Assembly: GCA_003602605.1 (NCBI GenBank)
Contig: QQRW01000023.1
Span: 5,297-66,528 of the forward strand
Direction: 5' to 3'
Origin: Candidatus Poseidoniales archaeon
Lineage (GTDB): Archaea > Thermoplasmatota > Poseidoniia > Poseidoniales > Poseidoniaceae
Length of the DNA: 61,232 nucleotides
The notes under the pieces are model-generated. The model was not told where the DNA came from and did not search any database. It saw nothing but the letters and a program-made list of their open reading frames with translations. Positions 54,501 to 61,232 of this stretch are shown one piece after another. The stretch's first letter is position 1, and the number at the start of each line of letters is the position of its first letter. Position numbers and translations under genes: made by a program.

Positions 54501-54916
54501 TCCATTCCATAAGCCTCGATTGCTTCATTCGACATCAAGTCCATTCGCTTCTGAACTTCGATTTCAACGGGCAAACCATGAGTATCCCAGCCGCCTTTTC
54601 GCTCGACACGGAAGCCTTCCATTGTCTTCCACCGGCATACAAGGTCTTTGTATGCTCGAGCTACGACGTGGTGAATACCGGGTTTTCCATTCGCCGTAGG
54701 AGGTCCTTCGAGGAAGATGAAAGGAGCGCCGTCACCGTTGGAATCGATTGAAGCACGGAATGCATTTTCTTGCTTCCATGTTTCCAATAACGCAGTCTCG
54801 AGTGCAACAGCATCGAGTTCACCTGCCGAATGAGGACGTGCCATAGCCATGCGAGAAGCCTTTTTGTCTTGAACCTCACCCCTCTCAAAGGTGGCATGTT
54901 GAGTTTCCTTTTCCAC
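51557..54916 (-). CDS. ileS: Isoleucine--tRNA ligase (archaeal/eukaryote-type)
   Basis: LEGPPTANGKPGIHH, GWDTHGLPVE, AWTTTPWTLPGN, GTGVVH, DWAISRERYWGTP, DCWFDSG, EGVDQTRGWFY, KMSKSRGN. Confidence 0.98.
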   Translation of the reverse strand: MEKETQHATFERGEVQDKKASRMAMARPHSAGELDAVALETALLETWKQENAFRASIDSNGDGAPFIFLEGPPTANGKPGIHHVVARAYKDLVCRWKTMEGFRVERKGGWDTHGLPVEIEVQKRMDLMSNEAIEAYGMDNFNQACRDSVWTYESAWREMTERMAYWVDLDNPYVTLDNNYVESCWWAMKQMFDKGLLYRGHKVLPYCPQTGTSYSSHEVALGYKEVEEPSVYVKFKLSDDDASILAWTTTPWTLPGNVGLAVGPEVTYVRVRITEQAENWIGAGGASDGEEVILAKDLMKDVLRHNVEIIEEFPGSSLVGRSYEPLFPDAVPRGESTTAWTVLEADWVTTTDGTGVVHTAVMYGEDDYNLGMAAGLPAHHTVGMDGAFLAGTHPQLDGRYVKECDQTVIELLSAKGGSNGKGPESGLLYREKSYLHDYPHCWRTDHPLLYYAMDSWFVRMTAVKERLLQFNDGVEWAPDWVGEGRFGEWLRNVKDWAISRERYWGTPLPVWRDDEGNMKCIGSIAELQSEVAKAVAAGFENPECPDDVDLHRPVVDGYTLVSDDGKPMHREPFVMDCWFDSGCAPFAQWHHPFEGKETFDASFPVDYICEGVDQTRGWFYTLLAVSTTVFDQPAYKRCLSLGLILDAEGKKMSKSRGNIVDPWDHFNREGADATRWYMVTAGAPWNPLKFDSNGVRETYAKMFLTLWNVYKFHADYAALDGFDPEKSTSDVASRSSLDRWILSRLASTAKNYHADFKQWNFHKACRDLEEFIVNDVSNWYVRRSRRRLWDDAETSDKVACQHTLHEILTTVCRLVAPVSPFMVDVIHRNLTGKTVHQAAWPLGIPGSLDGATADNWDEEAAAATANLPPQDALLESTMALVRELAEVGRRIRVENGRRQRLPCAQGWIVSGPDMAEFHDILAEELNVESIEVESDLDRFQQIELAPNFRALAPKARSEVNAVAGEIKNAKDPTAMLASIQAGNCEILGVAIEESDVEVRRIEKEGFAASTVTVGQGGEARQISLVLDMNDTPDLLSKGLARDITRRIQAMRKDLNLAIEATIDLEIWTKSAPEMFEQDKQWIVTETRAAAAVFHSESSDAPSNAEHFEVDGTAVWFTVQ

Positions 54917-54979
54917 TGATTCGCTGCAGTGTCTCCGAATTAGGCTTGGGTATGTTTCAAATCGTTAGACCGCTACGGG

Positions 54980-57900
54980 ATGCTGATGTCGGCAGGGTAT
55001 CGGTTGAAATTGCTATGTTTTCTCATACTTTTCTTGATGTTGACCGGGCCACTGAGTACTTTTCTTGCCTCTACAGCAGAAATGGATACATCCGGTGAAC
55101 TCGAGGAATCTCTCGTTTCATCAGCATCCGGCGGTGACCCAGCCTCACAGTTGTTTTTAGACGGCTCAGGCCTCTACAGTGACGAGTTGACGCTCGATGT
55201 CCCTTCATCGCAACCTGTGACTGATGTCCATCTCTCAATGTCCCCTGGGATCGAGGCTTCATCGAACGGCTTGACGTGGAGTGGTGCTTCGGCGTGGGGG
55301 CACAGCGATGCTGTCAGTGACGGTGCTTCAATCGACGCAGACGGTTACTTGACTGGTTCTCGTGCAGGCACTCTTTGGGATTTTAACACTGGGTTACAAG
55401 GTTGGACTGTATCAAGCTCCTCTTATGTTGGCCTGTATTCGAACACATGCGGTGTCAACGGAACTTCAGGAAGTTCAATCAAAACACAAGCCCCCTCTGC
55501 CTCATCTTCTGAGCATGCAACCTCTCCATCGATCAATCTAGCAGGTGCAAACACCGTTCCGATTCACGTTTGGGTTCGCCAAGGTACTTCCAGTTGCGGA
55601 GAAGAACCGGATACGAACGAAGATCTTCAACTGCGATTCAAGACCGCTTCTGGCTCTTGGACAACGCTCCACACATGGTCTGGCAGCACCTTCAATCAAC
55701 CTCCACAACAATGGTCCGGGACGTTACCTGCAGCTGCATTGCATTCAAGCACTCAAATCCGTATGTTGCAAACCGGTGGTACCGGTTCATCCTACGATTA
55801 CTGGTTCTTTGACGATGTTCGTATCGCTTCCCCTCCGGTATCAAACTGGACAAGTCCGAGTATTGGATGGTCTTCCTCGTCCTCCTTCCAAGTTGCAAAA
55901 ACGATCTACGCACCAATGAACATCGACGCCTATGTACCTGCAGGTGCATCACTTAACTGGACAGTGCTCGATGACAACGGTGTGGAAATTCCAGGCTTTA
56001 CAGGCTCGAATACTTTCGTAGTTCCGCTCCATCTCATCGATGAGTCAGTCCATGATTCGATCCGCATTCGCCTCTCTCTTTCGGCCGGTTCAAATGGAAT
56101 ACTTCCTCTTGTCTATTCGTTGACGGGTGATGGAACAATGTCAACCAGGTATTCCGATTGGCAAAACCTCGGGAATTCTGAGTCGATGTGCGGAATGAAC
56201 GGCCAATTCTCCGCTTATGGCTCCGCCACAACAGTTGATGTTCTCGATCCCGGATGGGCTTACCTTGCTTCTTCTACGGCCGCAACAAACAGTTCACATG
56301 GCACCGGTTTAACCCTTCAAACCAGCCCTTCGCCTTACATTTTAGATGAAGTTGACGGACTATCAAACATCACTTCTGTAGGTTCTTTGTACAGCACTAC
56401 CAGTAACGCCAGAGCGACCAGCGGTGGTAACGGTACTGGCTTGACAGTGTCTACGACAGCTACCTCCGTTACTTCAGGAATCGTGGACGGTTCAAGCCTT
56501 TCAGCGGGAGGCACAGGATACACTTCACAAATCATCTCACCGAGCGGCGGAAGCGGCTCGGGTCTACAGATTCAAACGACTGCTACGCCAATCACTGGTT
56601 CTGGCGCAGTATCTCTCTATTCCTCTTTGAATGGCGGTTCTGGATACACTTCCTCGAACGACGTCGCATTGAGCGGCGGCAACGGTAGCGGTTTGAAAAT
56701 CGACTATACCGCAAGCCCGATTCTCACTGGAATTCCGACCAGTTATTCACTTCTTAACGGTGGAACAAATTACTCGACAACGAGCTTTGCTTTCACAAGC
56801 GGCGGTTCTGGCTCGGGTCTGCGCGTCAGTATTGATTCAGTTTCAGGTGGCGCAGTCACTTCAATTACCATCATTAGCGGTGGTTCAGGTTACGGTTTCT
56901 TCGACAAACTCTACATCTCAGGTGGGGATGCTGACGCATACTTTTACACGACTGGACTCACTGAATCTGGTGGCGTAATCACTTCGATTTCATTCAGCAC
57001 ACCGGGGCTCAACTACGACGTTGGCGATACTCTCAACATACCCGGAGGTGACAGCAATGCCAACTTCACCGTGCTCGATACAAACCGGCAAGGTGGTACC
57101 ATAACCGGTTACACCGTTCTCAGCAACGGCTCGGGGTATGCGGTGAACGATCTTATCGCTCTCTCCGGAGGAGATTTCAACGCTCGTGTGGAAATCGACT
57201 CAGTCTACGCCATTGGTGGCAACCTCACTTCGGTGTCGATTGTCGACCGAGGCTCAGGATATTCAGTGGGTGATCAAATCAATGTATCCGGTGGAAACGG
57301 TGGAATGTTTACGGTTCAATCTGTGCGGAACTGGGGCGGAGAAATACTTTCTCCTCTCGTTCAAGACGGTGGACAATTGTATTCCATCGGCGACGAGGTG
57401 GCAGTGGATGGTGGTGCGCAAAACGCTACAGTTGTCGTCACAGAAATCGATATTGAAGGCTACCGAGGTGATTCTACTTGCTCTGTCACTATGGATTCTC
57501 GACAATTGGTGGCACCAGCATCTCGAGTCACCGGTAGCGTTACAGGTACCAATGTGGAACTCCAGATGTGGGATACTGTGAATGCATCTTGGACGGTTGT
57601 ACCAAACATGGGTGCTTTCGATGTTTCTTCAACGGTACCGATGTATGACCTTCAGTTCCGCCTGGTTCCGTTGAACTCAAGCCTTACCTATTGGACTGTT
57701 GAATCCTTTGAGACCCAAGTTCATTATGGGGAAGTCGCTAGCAATCCACGCTTTGATTTCAACGATGATGGTGATTTTGAATGGGGTGCAGATTTCTCAA
57801 ACATCGGCACTTGGGGCTGGCAGGATGTTTTCTCAAACGGTAACAAGAGCATTTCTGAAACGGTTGGCTCGTCAGGATACGCAACGACCAAAATTCTCGT

Positions 57901-60900
57901 CCCTCTCACCGATCTCCACTCCTTTTCGTTTGGTGTTACGAACGCAGATGCTTCCATTACCGGCTATACCATGATGTATCAGTCACAGATTCTTGCCTCC
58001 GAAACGATGAATGAGACATCACTCATGCATGTTGAACTGAACCAGACAACTCGAGACTACATCGAGCAATCGATTGCTGGCCAAGGCGGTTTGAACCATC
58101 TCGGCACACGGTTTGTGGAAGTCGACATTGAAGTTTATGCATCATCCTCCGTTCAGTTTAGTGGTCTCTTGGTCACCTACGCCGCTCAAGCGTCACAAGC
58201 ATTTGAATCGGATTCTACTTTTGTACTCAATCTTAACGATGCAAGAAGTCTTCTGCCTTTGGTCGGCGGTATGCATGAGATTCCGCTGCCTCTCACTTCC
58301 ACTCAAAAGGGTGGTCTTATCGTCGAAGTACTCGGTCTCAATTCCTCTGCAGTCGTTGTCTTGAACACTGCTACCATTGACCCTGAGGTGGATGTCCTTA
58401 CACCAAGTCAACGGTGGAGAACCATCAGTATGTCGTACTCGGTGATTGGTGTCGCTCCAAGTTCCATCCGTCTTGATGTTCTTGATGATGATCACCATGC
58501 AACATGGACCGTTCCAGTCTCAGGAGCAACACCCTTTGGAACCGGTGATTTTGAACTGATAGAACTGCACCCGACAGAGTCAATCTCTTTGAATCAATCT
58601 GGAACGAGTGTTCTTGTCGATGTGAAATTTAGAATTTTGCCGTTATGGGACGATACGGATACCATGAGAATCACGACAAGGCTCCAACTTTCGAACACCG
58701 TGTACTCCATGCCGAGCACTTTCACATACGGCGTTTTCGGCAACCAAGCCTATGAGAATGATTTGACACTGAACATCATGACCTTCACGAACGCTGACGA
58801 AAACAAAATTTTGGATTCTTCGGACTACTATCTTCTCCCGTACACTAAACTCAACATTTCTGCCTTTGTCGGATTCGAAAACGTCTCTACGATTGACGCT
58901 TTCATGGACGGAGAAGGAATGCTTTCACTTTACAGAGGTGATGTTCTCGTTGCCAACACAACAACACTTGATCAGAATACTTGGGCCTATCAAGATACGG
59001 TTCCGTTTACATTCGGACCACTGACATGGCGCATCGAACTCACCTCTGAAAACGGTTCAGTCCATCCGGATTTCGCCTCTCTCGAACGAACGTTCCACAT
59101 CGACACCATTTCTCCTCGTGTGCTTGAGGTCAACATGGACCGCTACGACCATCGTATGCCGTCAACAACTCAGACGGTCCAAATTCAAATTTCGGACCAA
59201 CCAATTCTTCCAACCAACATTCAAGCCATGGTTTGGCGAGAATGGTTCGATGATGCCAATTCGAATCAGTGGCCAGATGAGGGCGAGTATCAACCCATGT
59301 CGTTGTTCACCCCGAACGATTTGAGCCCACTCATTGGCCAGTACACATTCATGATGGATGATACTGGAGGAAGTCTTGGACAGAAAGTTTCAGTGTATTT
59401 GACTGGCACTGACGAGGCAGGTCATCCTTTGGAATATGGGGGCTCAGATGTCAACGATGGGCACCTGTTCATGTATCAACTCGCAGTCGATGGGGCCCCG
59501 AGTGTGGCACCGAATGCCTATTCCTATACCGACGGAAAGAACCCCTGGCTTCACCCTCAGATGCCCTACACTTTTGATGTTGAACTCACCGAACCAAACG
59601 GTGGTTCTGACCTCACGACAGTCATCGTTGAACTTGCCTCAAACCAAGGTAGTGATCCGTTACCGATTCGTTGGGATTTTGCGACTGGAAATTGTACGAC
59701 GACCAGCCCTCACGTCTTGATTGAAGACTGTCAAATGCTTGGTGCCGATGGTCCAGCCGATCCTTATGAAACCGCTTTGACGCTCAATGTCGATTTCAAG
59801 CTCGCTTGGACAACCCCAGATCTCGGTGAGACACGCAGAGAGCCTGGAATCCGCATGATTGACCGAGCAGGACAGGAAGTTTTCCGTGCGTTCCCTGAAC
59901 ATCGATGGCGTTTCTCCGCTGCTCTTGAAGTTCCGGAAGAAAGCGTTTCGCTTATTCTCTCTCAGGGTGCATTGCTCGGAGATGGTGCCCGTATAGCGCC
60001 AAGCAGTCCGTTCGAAATCGCAGGAAATGTCGTCTTCTCGGAAACGGGAACCGTTCCTGACTTTGATTGTCAAATAGATCTGTTGTTCTCTGGCTCTTCA
60101 TCTTCAGCCAATTCACTTGATGGAGTATGGTCAGTAGCATTACAAGCTCCGTCGACAACCCAGACTATTCCACTCACATGGAAAGTCGGGTGTCTTGAAG
60201 GTCAAGGCATCGATTCCACAGACCTTACCAACGCTGTTCGCTGGATAATTGTTGATGGAACAGGTCCTGAACCCGTAGAAGTTTCGAATCCTCGGCCGTT
60301 TTCAGTACTCGAACCGGAGTCTCACGAAGTGAAAATACTGCTGTCTGAGGCCGGAGGTTTGGACGTCGAATCTCTCGAACTTGTTTGGTGGGTCGAAGAG
60401 AAAGCGACAGGTGACCGACTTCGTAACGGGGTTGAACCATTGAGTTTACTCGGCACAGATCTCTCAGGATTACGACTCGAAGTAATCGGCTCTTTTGACC
60501 TCAGCGAAATTACCAACGAAATGCTAGAGAACAGACTTTCTGTGCACATTTATGTCTCTGGGCGTGACCTTGCAGGAAATGAAGTCCTCGGTATAAACGG
60601 TGCCGAACCTGGCACTCCAGTTGCTGTCTGGGACATGATTTGGCTGAAGCCTGAGTTTGAATTACAGAGCACTTCCATTACGTATTCACGATATTTAATC
60701 GAACTTGGACAAACTTCTATCGTTACCGCCTATGTTGAAAATACAGGCACTCTCGATGGCTCGGTTGAGGTGATTTTCACCGAAGTACAAGCCACAGGTG
60801 AACGCTCAAATCTACAACGGATTACCGTTGAAGTGCCTCTTGGAGGCATAGTACCGGTTGCTACGGACTGGAACCCTTCACAAACTGGTTTGCAATGGAT

Positions 60901-61232
60901 CGAAGTTCAAATCGAGGGAGATTCAAGTTCGATTGGTCCATCCATCGATGTTCGCCCATCGCGCGAAGTCTCATTTTCTGAGCAAATGTTTGGTGATGTA
61001 CACCCGTTGCTGGGTAGTTTAGCGGCGTTACTCTTCGTTTCCATCATTATTACCGGTCTTCTCTGGGCCCGTCGAAAGACTCTCAATCGCGGTTCTAAAG
61101 CTGAATACGATTGGGATGAATACTCCTCTGAACTCGAATATGAAGACGAAGAGGAAGAATACGATGATGAAGATGACGACGACACTGTTCCGGAGTCGAC
61201 GACTCAGGCTGCAGCAGCAACCGTCGCAGTAA
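54980..61232 (+). CDS. Giant (>2080 aa, partial) secreted surface protein with reelin-like module, phage-structural-type repeats, Ig-like/CARDB domains, TM helix and acidic tail
   Basis: ATG 54980 with signal peptide (RLKLLCFLILFLMLTGPLS). Hand translation of the start, middle and end stays in one frame, and the ORF track lists no terminated ORF in that frame. TM LLGSLAALLFVSIIITGLLWARRK at about 61005-61075, then EYEDEEEEYDDEDDDD; runs off the window. Confidence 0.88.
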   Translation, partial: MLMSAGYRLKLLCFLILFLMLTGPLSTFLASTAEMDTSGELEESLVSSASGGDPASQLFLDGSGLYSDELTLDVPSSQPVTDVHLSMSPGIEASSNGLTWSGASAWGHSDAVSDGASIDADGYLTGSRAGTLWDFNTGLQGWTVSSSSYVGLYSNTCGVNGTSGSSIKTQAPSASSSEHATSPSINLAGANTVPIHVWVRQGTSSCGEEPDTNEDLQLRFKTASGSWTTLHTWSGSTFNQPPQQWSGTLPAAALHSSTQIRMLQTGGTGSSYDYWFFDDVRIASPPVSNWTSPSIGWSSSSSFQVAKTIYAPMNIDAYVPAGASLNWTVLDDNGVEIPGFTGSNTFVVPLHLIDESVHDSIRIRLSLSAGSNGILPLVYSLTGDGTMSTRYSDWQNLGNSESMCGMNGQFSAYGSATTVDVLDPGWAYLASSTAATNSSHGTGLTLQTSPSPYILDEVDGLSNITSVGSLYSTTSNARATSGGNGTGLTVSTTATSVTSGIVDGSSLSAGGTGYTSQIISPSGGSGSGLQIQTTATPITGSGAVSLYSSLNGGSGYTSSNDVALSGGNGSGLKIDYTASPILTGIPTSYSLLNGGTNYSTTSFAFTSGGSGSGLRVSIDSVSGGAVTSITIISGGSGYGFFDKLYISGGDADAYFYTTGLTESGGVITSISFSTPGLNYDVGDTLNIPGGDSNANFTVLDTNRQGGTITGYTVLSNGSGYAVNDLIALSGGDFNARVEIDSVYAIGGNLTSVSIVDRGSGYSVGDQINVSGGNGGMFTVQSVRNWGGEILSPLVQDGGQLYSIGDEVAVDGGAQNATVVVTEIDIEGYRGDSTCSVTMDSRQLVAPASRVTGSVTGTNVELQMWDTVNASWTVVPNMGAFDVSSTVPMYDLQFRLVPLNSSLTYWTVESFETQVHYGEVASNPRFDFNDDGDFEWGADFSNIGTWGWQDVFSNGNKSISETVGSSGYATTKILVPLTDLHSFSFGVTNADASITGYTMMYQSQILASETMNETSLMHVELNQTTRDYIEQSIAGQGGLNHLGTRFVEVDIEVYASSSVQFSGLLVTYAAQASQAFESDSTFVLNLNDARSLLPLVGGMHEIPLPLTSTQKGGLIVEVLGLNSSAVVVLNTATIDPEVDVLTPSQRWRTISMSYSVIGVAPSSIRLDVLDDDHHATWTVPVSGATPFGTGDFELIELHPTESISLNQSGTSVLVDVKFRILPLWDDTDTMRITTRLQLSNTVYSMPSTFTYGVFGNQAYENDLTLNIMTFTNADENKILDSSDYYLLPYTKLNISAFVGFENVSTIDAFMDGEGMLSLYRGDVLVANTTTLDQNTWAYQDTVPFTFGPLTWRIELTSENGSVHPDFASLERTFHIDTISPRVLEVNMDRYDHRMPSTTQTVQIQISDQPILPTNIQAMVWREWFDDANSNQWPDEGEYQPMSLFTPNDLSPLIGQYTFMMDDTGGSLGQKVSVYLTGTDEAGHPLEYGGSDVNDGHLFMYQLAVDGAPSVAPNAYSYTDGKNPWLHPQMPYTFDVELTEPNGGSDLTTVIVELASNQGSDPLPIRWDFATGNCTTTSPHVLIEDCQMLGADGPADPYETALTLNVDFKLAWTTPDLGETRREPGIRMIDRAGQEVFRAFPEHRWRFSAALEVPEESVSLILSQGALLGDGARIAPSSPFEIAGNVVFSETGTVPDFDCQIDLLFSGSSSSANSLDGVWSVALQAPSTTQTIPLTWKVGCLEGQGIDSTDLTNAVRWIIVDGTGPEPVEVSNPRPFSVLEPESHEVKILLSEAGGLDVESLELVWWVEEKATGDRLRNGVEPLSLLGTDLSGLRLEVIGSFDLSEITNEMLENRLSVHIYVSGRDLAGNEVLGINGAEPGTPVAVWDMIWLKPEFELQSTSITYSRYLIELGQTSIVTAYVENTGTLDGSVEVIFTEVQATGERSNLQRITVEVPLGGIVPVATDWNPSQTGLQWIEVQIEGDSSSIGPSIDVRPSREVSFSEQMFGDVHPLLGSLAALLFVSIIITGLLWARRKTLNRGSKAEYDWDEYSSELEYEDEEEEYDDEDDDDTVPESTTQAAAATVAV
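56225..57460 (+). repeat. About 10 degenerate ~40-aa coding repeats, consensus GG.VTS.T....GGSGY.VGD.I..SGG.G.G..V
   Basis: Examples: GGAVTSITIISGGSGYGFFDKLYISGG; GGTITGYTVLSNGSGYAVNDLIALSGG; GGNLTSVSIVDRGSGYSVGDQINVSGG; SGGNGTGLTV; SGGSGSGLQI; SGGNGSGLKI; SGGSGSGLRV. Confidence 0.85.

Noticed and set aside
51557-54916. Extra segments in IleRS (e.g. GIPGSLDGATADNWDEEAAAATAN)
   Set aside because: Short variable-loop insertions are common in aminoacyl-tRNA synthetases; all catalytic motifs are canonical.
56225-57460. Prophage or provirus suggested by phage-like repeats
   Set aside because: No integrase, terminase, capsid, portal or att sites; the repeats are in frame within a signal-peptide/TM-bearing host-type protein next to ileS.
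55071-61185. Many short ORFs listed in the track for the last 6 kb, suggesting a non-coding or degraded region
   Set aside because: All are shadows of one long + strand ORF from 54980 that lacks a stop codon within the window.

Overview
Gene-dense archaeal chromosomal segment (about 50% GC). It most likely comes from a Marine Group II euryarchaeote (Ca. Poseidoniales). This is inferred from archaeal TBP, Csl4, NMD3, SepF and a KaiC-like ATPase, together with large membrane-anchored PKD/CARDB, S8 and CocE/NonD proteins and acidic or Pro-rich cytoplasmic tails. I count about 38 complete CDS plus two partial ones at the edges. One partial CDS is a >2080-codon + strand ORF (54980 to window end) that the ORF track omits because it has no stop codon inside the window. 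I saw no tRNA, rRNA, CRISPR array, integrase or transposase. Housekeeping genes: asd, pgi/pmi, nmd3, glmS, maf, sepF, tbp, mvk, mutY, cysS, trxA, a MutS-family ATPase and ileS. Most interesting items: (1) exosome subunit Csl4 fused to two RRM domains and a basic tail, in an RNA-processing gene run with a METTL5-type methyltransferase, a Q-rich zinc-ribbon microprotein and a CX6CX2C radical-SAM/TRAM/HhH enzyme; (2) a W-rich cytoplasmic C-terminal motif (GPP.P..G.P.GWT.EQW.HYG.QYL) shared by two tandem surface proteins lying directly upstream of sepF; (3) about 10 Gly/Ser/Thr repeats resembling phage virion proteins, plus a reelin-like module, inside the giant surface protein; (4) a fused ccmAB with ccmC and ccmD but no ccmE/F in view; (5) a rhomboid gene next to a TM-anchored subtilase, both ending in zinc-ribbon-like tails; (6) an M23 peptidase in a lineage without peptidoglycan. 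All family assignments come from motif recognition by eye; no database searches were run. Starts were often moved from the ORF track to a downstream ATG/GTG/TTG.
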